Below, one piece after another: positions 19,872 to 29,075 of a stretch of 64,000 bases of DNA. The notes beneath the pieces are model-generated. The model was given only the letters and a program-made list of their open reading frames with translations. It searched no databases and was not told where the DNA came from. The DNA comes from an uncultured Bacilli bacterium (lineage in GTDB: Bacteria > Bacillota_I > Bacilli_A > RF39 > UBA660): assembly GCA_934153945.1 (NCBI GenBank), contig CAKPFM010000003.1, positions 3,831 through 67,830 on the forward strand, written 5' to 3'. The translations under genes and the position numbers were made by a program. How positions within the stretch are numbered: the stretch's first letter is position 1; each line of letters begins with the position of its first letter.

Positions 19872-19886
19872 TTTTTCATCCCCTTT

Positions 19887-22586
19887 TTATAAATGATATA
19901 ATTCATCTTCTATTTCTTCTATTTTTGCTTGTATATCTTTATATTCCCTTGTTTTTGAATATTCAAGAACTCCATAGTGTTTCTTTATTTCAGATTCCTC
20001 TTTACGATATTTATCTAATTCACTAATCAAATATTCTTTTCTTTTTTGTGTTTCTAATTTTTCCTGTTCTTCATTTGGATTTGTTGTATCATTTTCAAGA
20101 TGTTCATTATTTGATTCATTAGCTGATTCAAATAATTGTTCTACAGTTTGATCATCCTGTGGATTATTAATATTTTCAGACTGTCTTTCAGCTGATTGAT
20201 GTGTATTCAAATTATTAGCTTTTTGTCTAAATTCGTTTACTCTTTGTCCTAAAGAATAAATATTACTTGTTTCTGCTTTTAAGTATTCTTGTTTTAAAGC
20301 ATACTCTGCTTTTGCTTTTTGATAATCTGGATTTGTAGGATAATCTTCTCCATAATTTTGAACTGATACGTCTGGGTTTTTAAATGTATTATAAAGTGCA
20401 TCCATTTCCTTTTGTATTTGTTTTACGTTATTATTTTTGCTTGGAATAACAACATTTTCAATATAATCTGCTGCTACTTCTGGATGATCATTATTCATAT
20501 CTTCCCTTTCGTTTTTTAGTGCTGATATTTGTTCTTCATATTTTGAAATATCACTAGATATTTCATTTCTCTTTTCCTGGTCAGTTTCCTTAGAATATTC
20601 TTGCAGTTTTTTTCTCTTGTTCTCTTCTGCATTTTTTATATCTTCTTCAATTTTACTATAATTTTGATAATTTAAATTACCATTATAACTATTTGGATTA
20701 GCTGATTGAGAAGTAGATGAAGGATTACCAACTTGTGATGATGAAGTTTGTATATTTACGTTACCAGTATTAATTCCCAAACTATCCAAAGTTCTATCTG
20801 ATGTTCTATCCAAGTATTCTTTTACTGCACTTTCTACTTCAGCCTCTTTTGTATATTTTTGTTGAATAATTTTATGTCTTTCTTTAACACCATCTAAAGC
20901 TCCTTGAGCTTTATCAACTGCCTCTCTTTTAGCATTGACATTTTTTAATGCTGCATCAAGTTGTTCTTTTGTAGTATTTGGATTTGAATTTAGTCTTTCC
21001 AAATTACTTTGTGCTGCTTGGTATTCATTTTTTGCGTTTTTTAAATTTGTTTTTGCATTGTTTACTCTATTAAATGAATCTTGATATTCCTTATTATTTT
21101 CAAATAATTTTGCTCTCTTTTCTTCATCTATTTGATAATTTCCTTTTTCATCTAGTATATAGTTACCATCTTCATCTGTCTTAAGTATATTTTTAACTAA
21201 ATCTCTACCTTTTTGATTAAACTTATCAAATTTTTGCAATTTTCTATCTGCTTCTTTTTGTTCTTCTTTTTCTTTTTTTCTTTTTTCATAATAAGGTTGC
21301 ATACCAGCACCTAAACCCTTTAATGAGTTTGGTGATTTATATCCACCTTTTAATCCAGATGTAAATGCCTTTCCTGCATTTTCAAATCTTTCTTTGATAT
21401 TATTACCTCTAAAACTTGTTGCCATACCCAAAGTACCAGAAGCTAGTCCTGTTGCGGCTCCAGTTATTTGTTTACCACCGATTGCTTCTTTCTCTAATTT
21501 TTTTAATGGATTTAGAGTAAAGTTTCCACTTAAATCTATATTAAACATCTTCTTCAATATATCTGGTAATTTTTTAGCAAACATTAATGCTCCTAAAATA
21601 AATAGTACAGTTACTCTCATATCTCCTGTTTTACTAAATTCAATTTTAGAAATTAAGAATATGGCAAAATATATGGCAACTAATCTTAAAAATAAATCTG
21701 CCCATGTTGTTCCAACTTCTTTTAACCATTTGCTAAATAAACCTTTCTTTGCAGAACCTGGATCTATATATGAAATAATTGGAATTGGAGCAATTATTTC
21801 AAGAAAAGTTAATTTGATTGTTCGTAACGCTGCATCAAGACAGAACCCAGCAAATATCAAAACGATAATAAGTCCTATAATTGTTGATATAAAATAATTA
21901 TAATCTACATAATAATACTTTTCACCTCTAGATATATGTTCTTTTATAATGCTATCTCTCAATAATTCTTTTATGTTACCTGCTGAACAATAACCACCAG
22001 TTAAAAAACTATTAACCTTTTCAGAATTTGAATCGTCTATATCACTATTTATTTGTATAAATGGTCTAATTGTCATCATAGCGATATATTCGCCAGTACT
22101 TTCAATAATCTCACCAGTATCACTATATTTTTTATGTGGTTTAGTTGAATTATCACATAATGGACTTATAAATAATTCTTGTGTATCATATGTGTTAGTA
22201 TCATCAAGAATAATTCTAGTAAGAAGATGTTCATCTAATATTGCAGATTGAGCATCTCTCAATAAATCAAAAGCAAAAGGGCATAAAATAATTAAAGCAA
22301 AAGTAATAACAACATTTATTATTAACTTTGCTCCCCCTTTTTCCTTATCTGCTATACTATCAGGATTTATTATATAATTGATTATTGAAAATGATATTTT
22401 GAACAACATGAAAATTCCGATAAAAGAATATAACTTGCCTGTTATATTTGATACTGAAGTTTCTTTAATTAATGTCGATTCAGCTAAATTTACTATAATA
22501 TCATATAATGTGCCAATTAAAGAGTATATTCCTGTATCAACTGTAGCAAAAAATCCTCTTAAACCATCATTAAATTTACTGTACAT
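19887..22586 (-). CDS. VirB6-like polytopic membrane protein with a long C-terminal coiled-coil/low-complexity extension (TcpH/ConG/Orf15-like)
   Basis: About 6 TM helices in the N-terminal 400 aa, then an about 500-aa charged coiled-coil region. This architecture matches Gram-positive VirB6 analogues. Confidence 0.55.
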   Translation of the reverse strand: MYSKFNDGLRGFFATVDTGIYSLIGTLYDIIVNLAESTLIKETSVSNITGKLYSFIGIFMLFKISFSIINYIINPDSIADKEKGGAKLIINVVITFALIILCPFAFDLLRDAQSAILDEHLLTRIILDDTNTYDTQELFISPLCDNSTKPHKKYSDTGEIIESTGEYIAMMTIRPFIQINSDIDDSNSEKVNSFLTGGYCSAGNIKELLRDSIIKEHISRGEKYYYVDYNYFISTIIGLIIVLIFAGFCLDAALRTIKLTFLEIIAPIPIISYIDPGSAKKGLFSKWLKEVGTTWADLFLRLVAIYFAIFLISKIEFSKTGDMRVTVLFILGALMFAKKLPDILKKMFNIDLSGNFTLNPLKKLEKEAIGGKQITGAATGLASGTLGMATSFRGNNIKERFENAGKAFTSGLKGGYKSPNSLKGLGAGMQPYYEKRKKEKEEQKEADRKLQKFDKFNQKGRDLVKNILKTDEDGNYILDEKGNYQIDEEKRAKLFENNKEYQDSFNRVNNAKTNLKNAKNEYQAAQSNLERLNSNPNTTKEQLDAALKNVNAKREAVDKAQGALDGVKERHKIIQQKYTKEAEVESAVKEYLDRTSDRTLDSLGINTGNVNIQTSSSQVGNPSSTSQSANPNSYNGNLNYQNYSKIEEDIKNAEENKRKKLQEYSKETDQEKRNEISSDISKYEEQISALKNEREDMNNDHPEVAADYIENVVIPSKNNNVKQIQKEMDALYNTFKNPDVSVQNYGEDYPTNPDYQKAKAEYALKQEYLKAETSNIYSLGQRVNEFRQKANNLNTHQSAERQSENINNPQDDQTVEQLFESANESNNEHLENDTTNPNEEQEKLETQKRKEYLISELDKYRKEESEIKKHYGVLEYSKTREYKDIQAKIEEIEDELYHL

Positions 22587-22601
22587 TTTTTATCACTTCC
22601 T

Positions 22602-23471
22602 TTATCCTAGTATACATCCAATTGCTTTTATACCATCATTAACTTGACTATATTGACTAGTTATGCCACTAATATTTATTAAAATTTGAATAAGAATTGG
22701 AACTAAAATAAATACAATAGCTAGTATTATTCTTTTAGCAAACTTTTCTATTCCTTTTTTCATATCATCGTCTTTTCCAGTAATAACTAACTTAATAAAG
22801 TCTCCTATGCCAAGAACAACAATTAATAAAGGAATTATTATTTTAATATAAGTGTAAATCTTTTTTAAAATACCTATTACATTTGATTCATTGCTTCCAA
22901 GAAATCCACAACTATTGTCAATTGTTTGATCTCTATCATCAGGAACATAAGATTGGTCAACCGATATATATATATTATTATCATATACATATACTGGAGT
23001 TCTATCATGAACTGTGGGACCCTCAGTTGTTGATTCTATATTTAAATTTGTTTTAACTTTCACTGGTAAACATTTTAATTTATTATCAACTTCAAAGTCG
23101 TTATCAGATGGATATTTAAGATTTATGCGCAAAATTTTTTTAACATATCCACATGCCCATGGATTTGCACATACCTTTCTAGTTGCATTTTCACCAAAAA
23201 ACGAATTCTCGTTTGTCTCTATAGTATCATTAATTATTTCATGAACTAACTTACCTTTATTTAAAGATACACTATAATTGAACTTTAAATAAGATTCATC
23301 TTTTGTTATGTTACACGAATATGTACAGCTAAATGAAGCAGTTGAACTATTTATAAGTTCACAATTTCCATCAAAAGTTCCATTGTCTCCAAATTGTGTC
23401 TCGGCTGAAACTCCTTTTATTCCCATAAACATTAATAACATTATAATTAATAATTGTATTGTTTTTTTCAT
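22602..23471 (-). CDS. secreted Cys-containing protein with C-terminal double TM anchor (unknown)
   Basis: Signal peptide MKKTIQLLIIMLLMFMGIKGVSA. Cysteine-containing extracytoplasmic domain. Two C-terminal hydrophobic helices. Confidence 0.4.
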   Translation of the reverse strand: MKKTIQLLIIMLLMFMGIKGVSAETQFGDNGTFDGNCELINSSTASFSCTYSCNITKDESYLKFNYSVSLNKGKLVHEIINDTIETNENSFFGENATRKVCANPWACGYVKKILRINLKYPSDNDFEVDNKLKCLPVKVKTNLNIESTTEGPTVHDRTPVYVYDNNIYISVDQSYVPDDRDQTIDNSCGFLGSNESNVIGILKKIYTYIKIIIPLLIVVLGIGDFIKLVITGKDDDMKKGIEKFAKRIILAIVFILVPILIQILINISGITSQYSQVNDGIKAIGCILG

Positions 23472-23528
23472 ACATAATCATTCCTTTTTAATCAATAGAT
23501 AATTCTACACATACATTATAACATAACA

Positions 23529-23560
23529 AAAAAAAATATGGAATAATAATTCCATATTTT
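23529..23560 (-). terminator. strong intrinsic terminator/attenuator between the 118-aa gene and the downstream T4SS genes
   Basis: Perfect 12-bp inverted repeat aaaatatggaat/attccatatttt with a 4-nt loop. On the minus strand it is followed by UUUUUUUUUGUU. Confidence 0.6.
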
Positions 23561-23573
23561 AATTTAAAATATA

Positions 23574-23930
23574 TTATTTTCCACAATCTTCAGCGTTAGA
23601 TACAAAGCATGAGATACATGAAGATATATTGCCACTATCTGTAGCACCAGTATTACTTAAAGCACTAAATAATAATTGTACTACAGAAACAACTAAGAAT
23701 ACTAAAACTGCATAAATAACTCTTTTAATTAATTTAGATTGTGATTCCTTCATTTGTTTTTCATCATTGCCCATAACTGCTTTTGATAAATCAATCATTC
23801 CCATGATGATTAATATAATTGGTACAGCAATTTTAATTAAATTAACTACTAAAACTGTAATTTGTGGAATTAATAGTGTATTTGCATCCCAAGTAATTCC
23901 GCCAATAGTACATCTTAACACTTCTAACAT
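23574..23930 (-). CDS. small membrane protein, possible pilin-like structural subunit (VirB2/TrbC-like?)
   Basis: 118 aa with two hydrophobic helices and a Cys-rich C-terminal tail (SSCISCFVSNAEDCGK). AGGAGG RBS. Followed immediately by a strong terminator, as is usual for high-copy pilin genes. Confidence 0.35.
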   Translation of the reverse strand: MLEVLRCTIGGITWDANTLLIPQITVLVVNLIKIAVPIILIIMGMIDLSKAVMGNDEKQMKESQSKLIKRVIYAVLVFLVVSVVQLLFSALSNTGATDSGNISSCISCFVSNAEDCGK

Positions 23931-24013
23931 TTTAAAAACCTCCTCTTATTGCTTAAAATATAAGCAATTTATATAAATATATTATCTTATTTTTCTTTAT
24001 TTGTCAAATTTTA

Positions 24014-25015
24014 TTAAAATAATCCTAAAATAGATTTCTTTTTATCTTGATCATCACCTGTTAATTTAGTAAAACCAAGTTTAATTAAGAATGAATTTAG
24101 TTTTAATAAATTTTTATTTCTTTCATCTAAAGGTGGTAAATTATAATATATTTTTAATCCTGATTCATATTCGAAATCTGATACATCTTTTGATTCAAGT
24201 AAACTTTGATTCAAAATTACTTTTTTATCTTTCAATGTTTTAAATACCCCACCGTTTACCAACATCAATTTATTTAATTTAATAACTGATGGTTCTATTA
24301 AATATATAACATCATGACATAAATTTTCTGCTTGATTAGAATCATTCAAATCAACCAATATTGCATCATGATCCGAATACTTAGCAATAACATTTCCAAT
24401 TTCTGTATTAGTAGTTGAAACTAATTCTTTATCATTGAAATATCTAAAATCACTTTTATTTACTTCAATGGCAACAACAGAATAATCTTGTTTTAATTGA
24501 TTTTTGATCATATAAGTTAAAGTTGTTGCCCCTGATTGCTTAGTAACATTTTTTATTCCGATAATTTTAGGGCCAGTAGGAACTGTATTCTCATACTTTT
24601 CTACTATTACCGGTTGTTCTTGAACTGGTGTTATATCTAATTGTTGAATATGAGCTACATCTCGATATGTATTAGGATTATTATACAAATATAAAATTCC
24701 TTCAGCATTTTTTGTGAAATTATAAATACCCATTGATATTAACTTCGATAGATATGCATTTGTACCATCATCCACAGTATCATCTATTAACAATATTAAT
24801 TTGTCCATATCTAATGAGATTGATAATTTTTGAATTGTTCTAATATCACGATAATTTTTAATTGCAGTAATATCTAATATCATTTTTTGATAGAAAAAAT
24901 TTTGAAATTGATTCACTATCTCCTCTACTTCAAATTCCCCATTTAGAGTCTTTATAACCTCTATGTCTAAAGATTCTAACATTGCTTGATATTTATTAGA
25001 AATGACTACGTTCAT
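24014..25015 (-). CDS. TadZ/CpaE-like pilus-assembly protein (ParA/MinD-like fold with degenerate Walker A)
   Basis: Receiver-like N-terminal half. IIGIKNVTKQSGATTLTYMI sits where the deviant Walker A (GxKGGxGKT) would be. A later DAILVDLND block follows. Position next to the pilin and ATPase genes matches Tad loci. Confidence 0.45.
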   Translation of the reverse strand: MNVVISNKYQAMLESLDIEVIKTLNGEFEVEEIVNQFQNFFYQKMILDITAIKNYRDIRTIQKLSISLDMDKLILLIDDTVDDGTNAYLSKLISMGIYNFTKNAEGILYLYNNPNTYRDVAHIQQLDITPVQEQPVIVEKYENTVPTGPKIIGIKNVTKQSGATTLTYMIKNQLKQDYSVVAIEVNKSDFRYFNDKELVSTTNTEIGNVIAKYSDHDAILVDLNDSNQAENLCHDVIYLIEPSVIKLNKLMLVNGGVFKTLKDKKVILNQSLLESKDVSDFEYESGLKIYYNLPPLDERNKNLLKLNSFLIKLGFTKLTGDDQDKKKSILGLF

Positions 25016-25027
25016 AAGTTCCCCTCC

Positions 25028-25486
25028 CTATCTTAGTAATCCATTGATTTTAGTTTCACCATATACAGGGAATCTAAGTTCAACTCCTATTACTGGAATT
25101 TGGTAATACATATATGCAGTAACCCCATAATATGTACCTTTATTAGTGGAATAAGCATATATGCAATATTCATAATTTGATGTTAATTTTTTATTGACAG
25201 CATCTACACCATTACGAGCTGGACAATTATTAGGATTAGTACTAATTCTATATCCAGCAGTATTTAAAACATTGTTAATTTCTGATTCAACAGTACTATT
25301 TAAGCCTGTTGAGTCAGCAACATTTACACCTAAAATATCATCATATTTTTCTAATATTTCAACTATTTTGTTTTTCACTTTAAAAGCTTTTGTATAACTA
25401 GAAGAAGTCGCAAATAGAATTATAAATATTGCGACAAATGTAATAACTAAACCAAATACAAAGGCATTTCCTATTGCTTCTTTCAT
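25028..25486 (-). CDS. pilin-like protein with MKEAIG leader (TadE/TadF-like minor pilin candidate)
   Basis: MKEAIG|NAFVFGLVITFVAIFIILF has a short polar leader ending in Gly, then a hydrophobic helix. Two Cys (NCPARNG...YEYCIYAY). Paralog of 25496-25951. Confidence 0.5.
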   Translation of the reverse strand: MKEAIGNAFVFGLVITFVAIFIILFATSSSYTKAFKVKNKIVEILEKYDDILGVNVADSTGLNSTVESEINNVLNTAGYRISTNPNNCPARNGVDAVNKKLTSNYEYCIYAYSTNKGTYYGVTAYMYYQIPVIGVELRFPVYGETKINGLLR

Positions 25487-25495
25487 TTAATCACC

Positions 25496-25951
25496 CTAAT
25501 CTGTGAAATGGAAAATTTTTTCTGTTTCAGAGTATACTGGAAGTTTAAAATCAAAACCAAATGGTAAATCAACAAATATATATGTCAACACACCATAATT
25601 ATAGTATTTAGTTTTATTATCACCATATTGATAATAATCATATTCATAAATACAATAATAATGTTTTTTTGTTCCTCCAGCAAGTGCTGTTACAGCCTGT
25701 TTTCCATTTTTTGTTGGGCATTCAAAACTACCTGGTTCAGCAATACGATAACCAATTGAAGTTAACGTATTTGTAATTTCTCTATCAGATAGAATATTAT
25801 AACCCTCATGATTTTCTAACTCTTTTGCTATTCTTCCATTTACTTTAAAAGCTTTCATATAACTCAGTGTTGCTGCCAAGAAACCGAAAGTCAAAACAAT
25901 GAAAACTATTATAATATTATACATTGGAATACTTCCAATTGCTTGTTTCAT
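25496..25951 (-). CDS. pilin-like protein with MKQAIG leader (TadE/TadF-like minor pilin candidate)
   Basis: MKQAIG|SIPMYNIIIVFIVLTFGFL. Conserved C-terminal block shared with its neighbour (FKLPVYSETEK vs LRFPVYGETK). Two Cys. Confidence 0.5.
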   Translation of the reverse strand: MKQAIGSIPMYNIIIVFIVLTFGFLAATLSYMKAFKVNGRIAKELENHEGYNILSDREITNTLTSIGYRIAEPGSFECPTKNGKQAVTALAGGTKKHYYCIYEYDYYQYGDNKTKYYNYGVLTYIFVDLPFGFDFKLPVYSETEKIFHFTD

Positions 25952-25966
25952 ATTAACACCTACCCA

Positions 25967-26158
25967 CTATGCTGCGTAATCAACTTTATCGCATTGACCT
26001 GTTGAACTATTCCAAGTTCCACCATTATCCATACATTCAGCTCTTTTTTTAGTATTATTCATCATACTATTAATGATTGGTGTAGCAACCGCTACAATAA
26101 CGCCAATTAAGATAATAGTTACAACAGTCATGTTTGCTTCTCCAGCTGCTTCTTTCAT
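25967..26158 (-). CDS. Flp-type (type IVb/c) prepilin candidate, 63 aa
   Basis: MKEAAG|EANMTVVTIILIGVIVAVATPI has the same leader as the two downstream pilin-like genes. Very short, with a C-terminal Cys pair (C42/C56) that could form a disulfide loop. 130-nt upstream intergenic region. Confidence 0.5.
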   Translation of the reverse strand: MKEAAGEANMTVVTIILIGVIVAVATPIINSMMNNTKKRAECMDNGGTWNSSTGQCDKVDYAA

Positions 26159-26271
26159 ATATTCACCACCTTACAATATCTAATTTCACACTATTAGTAT
26201 AACACTATTTGTTATTTTTATCAAATATTATTGTAATATTTTACTATATATTTACATTTTTTATAATTAAA

Positions 26272-26293
26272 AAGCAACATATTAGTGTTGCTT
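26272..26293 (-). terminator. possible terminator overlapping the tadC-like stop, upstream of the flp-like gene
   Basis: 8-bp inverted repeat aagcaaca/tgttgctt with a 6-nt loop, followed by a U-rich tract on the minus strand. Confidence 0.35.
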
Positions 26294-27078
26294 TAAAAAT
26301 TCATCATTTGCATCATTGAATATAATAGAAGTAATAATATACCAATACCTGTTGTTGTAAGCATTGCCATAGTTTTACTTTCCATTTTATCAAGACGTTC
26401 TTTATATTTTTGTTCACGTGCTTTATTTTGTAGTGTTGAAACTGTTCTTGAGAATAAAAGTAATTGTTCTTGTTTATTTTCTTGTGATCCTAAACCTAAA
26501 CGATATAAAAGTCTCATCATTCTCATTGAATCTCTAACCGGATATTCTTTAGCAAAATCCATATATGGATCTACTGTAGAAATACCAGCTTCTATTTTAT
26601 CTACTAAAGTAACTAATCCACTTTTGAATATTTCTGGAGCAGTTTCTATTGATTTTCTTAAAGCTACAGGAACAGTATAATGTTGAATTAATATTTCCAA
26701 ACTTTTTAAATAGTATGGTAACATTTGATCAATTTTATTTAAATTAGCTTTGTAATATTTTTGTAATTGAGTATAAGGTAATTTAAATACTAAATATCCA
26801 ATTATAAATGAAATTAATAAATTCATAAAACTAAAATTTGAAAGTAAGAAAACAAATACTAAAACTATAATAGTTAAGACACCATTTCTTACACGTTGTC
26901 CAAATAATTTGTTTACATCGATATCTGATCCATATTTAACACTAAGTAAAAATTTGTAATCATCTTCCATTAAAAATCTAAAATAAGGTTCTGTTTCACC
27001 AATGAATTTTTTAGTATCAATTCTTTTAGTATATTCAAGTATAAATAATATAATAATCGCTATTAAAATAAATTCCAT
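26293..27078 (-). CDS. TadC-like (GspF-family) inner-membrane pilus platform protein
   Basis: N-terminal TM, central cytoplasmic domain, two C-terminal TMs. Paralogous with the adjacent gene (both begin MEFI...). Confidence 0.55.
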   Translation of the reverse strand: MEFILIAIIILFILEYTKRIDTKKFIGETEPYFRFLMEDDYKFLLSVKYGSDIDVNKLFGQRVRNGVLTIIVLVFVFLLSNFSFMNLLISFIIGYLVFKLPYTQLQKYYKANLNKIDQMLPYYLKSLEILIQHYTVPVALRKSIETAPEIFKSGLVTLVDKIEAGISTVDPYMDFAKEYPVRDSMRMMRLLYRLGLGSQENKQEQLLLFSRTVSTLQNKAREQKYKERLDKMESKTMAMLTTTGIGILLLLLYSMMQMMNF

Positions 27079-27983
27079 TATTCAGCCCCCACATTCTCAT
27101 TATAATATTTTTCTCCATTTAATAGGAAAGCAGTATTAATAATAATGATACCATGTAGTAATAATTGAACAAGCCAACTACTAGAAAGTAAATTAATATA
27201 TTGTTCTGTTCCTAATAAAAATTGTACTAACATAACCATTAAATATAAAACAATACCAAATTGTAAGAATTTTTTATGGAATGCAGCTCTATCCATTCTA
27301 TCACGATATACATTTTCAACTAACATATCTATATCTAATGACATATTTTCAAGTGCATCACTAGAATTTTTAGAACCTTCATTAGTAATTTGTAAAAAGA
27401 TTTGGTGCATATTACGTACTATGTAATAATCATATTTTGAATTCATATAATTGATAGATTGTTCAATAGTACCATTTTCATATGCTAAATCTATCATCAT
27501 TTTAACATCGCTAGCCACTGGATCTTCTAATACTCCAGAACTGTATACACCTTCTAGGGCTTTTACAAATGATTCAGTTGTAGCAAATTCCATAATTGTA
27601 TTCGTTGTATATACTTGAACTTGTTCAAATATAAATTCACTATAAATTCTTTTACATCTCAAATATGTAAGATATGGAATAATAGTTACTGAAATACAAG
27701 CATATATTAATGAAATAATTAGGTTATAAAAATAAAGATATGAAATTACAGCAGAAGCAATAGCAAAAACAGATATTTGAATAGTGTATTGTTTTTTAGT
27801 ATATTCTTGCCCTAAATCTTTTACTTTTTTTCTTACTTCTTTATAAGAATATGGGGCATATCTATCATACAATGCACCTGCTTGTTTTGAAACATATTTA
27901 TAAACATTTTCACCATTATTATTTCTATAGGCAATTACAAAAATGAATATAAATGCTACTAGTATAAATATAATAAATTCCAT
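27078..27983 (-). CDS. TadB-like (GspF-family) inner-membrane pilus platform protein
   Basis: Same topology as above. Located immediately downstream of the secretion ATPase, as in tadA-tadB-tadC loci. Confidence 0.55.
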   Translation of the reverse strand: MEFIIFILVAFIFIFVIAYRNNNGENVYKYVSKQAGALYDRYAPYSYKEVRKKVKDLGQEYTKKQYTIQISVFAIASAVISYLYFYNLIISLIYACISVTIIPYLTYLRCKRIYSEFIFEQVQVYTTNTIMEFATTESFVKALEGVYSSGVLEDPVASDVKMMIDLAYENGTIEQSINYMNSKYDYYIVRNMHQIFLQITNEGSKNSSDALENMSLDIDMLVENVYRDRMDRAAFHKKFLQFGIVLYLMVMLVQFLLGTEQYINLLSSSWLVQLLLHGIIIINTAFLLNGEKYYNENVGAE

Positions 27984-27993
27984 AAACTCCTCC

Positions 27994-29073
27994 TTAGAAT
28001 AATTCTTCTACTTTTTCTTCTGGTACCTTTATTTCATTTGGATCTAAAGTGACACCTTGTGCATCTAGATACTCAATTAAATAACTTGATGGGTGTTTTC
28101 TTTCTACTTTTCCACTTGTATTTTTCTTATAAATTACATTATATTTTGCTTCATTATCTTCCGTTACATAGAATTCAGTAACTTCTGAAATTTCACGTAC
28201 AAATCTCTTAGTGTTTTTATCTTGATAACCTCTTATACATACGCCAATTTGAATATATCGATAAATTGATTTTAAGAATTGATCAATATCTTGATTAGTT
28301 TCAAGTAAACTATACATACGATTTGGAATAGAACTAGCTTTATCAGCATGGATTGTTGACAAGATATAGTGACCACTCGATATAGAATTACGTACAGCTA
28401 ATACAGCTTCAGCACTTCTGACTTCGGATAATAATATCCATTTTGGATTTTGTCTCATACATGTAACAAGTACATCAGAATATGATGCTATATTATTTGT
28501 TTTCATAGCTACTATATCTCTATGTGGAAAGATTCTATCTAAATGTAGTTCTAGTGTATCTTCAATTGTTATTAATTTTTCATCTTCTTTTGTATGTGCT
28601 GCTAGATATTTAACAAATTCTGTTTTACCACTACCAGTTTCTCCACATACAATAATATTACAGTGTCCTAATACACATTTTATTAAAAAATCATGTATAT
28701 CTAAATCGATGTATCGTTGTTCTATTAATTTGTCTTTTTCAAGTCTTATTTTTGCTGGTGTTTTACGTATAACGCATGCTATACCGTTTTTAGCAATTGA
28801 CTCATGCACAAAATTAAGACGTAATTCTGCACTTTCTGCGTCTAGGAAAGGGTGCGCCATATTAAAAGTCGTACCCATTACGTTAGCGCATTGAAAGGCC
28901 AATTTTTCCATAAATGCATTGTTTATATTAGGATTCTCTGTCCTATAAATACCTCTTGATAAAGTTTTTAGCCAAATTTGACCACCATTACTATATGAAA
29001 TATCGGTAATATCATCATTTTTTAGATAATCATCTATTGGACCAAAGTCAATAGATGAAAACATATCATTCAA
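27994..29073 (-). CDS. TadA/CpaF-family (VirB11/GspE superfamily) secretion ATPase
   Basis: Walker A GETGSGKT, Asp box DRIFPHRDIVAMKT, Walker B ILLSEVRSAEA, His box ILSTIHA. Confidence 0.85.
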   Translation of the reverse strand: MNDMFSSIDFGPIDDYLKNDDITDISYSNGGQIWLKTLSRGIYRTENPNINNAFMEKLAFQCANVMGTTFNMAHPFLDAESAELRLNFVHESIAKNGIACVIRKTPAKIRLEKDKLIEQRYIDLDIHDFLIKCVLGHCNIIVCGETGSGKTEFVKYLAAHTKEDEKLITIEDTLELHLDRIFPHRDIVAMKTNNIASYSDVLVTCMRQNPKWILLSEVRSAEAVLAVRNSISSGHYILSTIHADKASSIPNRMYSLLETNQDIDQFLKSIYRYIQIGVCIRGYQDKNTKRFVREISEVTEFYVTEDNEAKYNVIYKKNTSGKVERKHPSSYLIEYLDAQGVTLDPNEIKVPEEKVEELF

Positions 29074-29075
29074 AA

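Noticed and set aside
21394-21897. 167-aa plus-strand ORF inside the VirB6-like gene
   Set aside because: Lies fully antisense to a much longer, well-supported minus-strand CDS. No RBS.
23014-23502. 76-aa and 64-aa plus-strand ORFs
   Set aside because: Antisense to the 289-aa secreted protein gene. No translation signals.
27994-29073. Whether the secretion ATPase is a T4SS VirB11 rather than TadA
   Set aside because: The call was kept general (TadA/CpaF-family, VirB11/GspE superfamily). Adjacency to two GspF-like platform proteins favours the Tad role. The two cannot be separated by eye, so no stronger claim is made.
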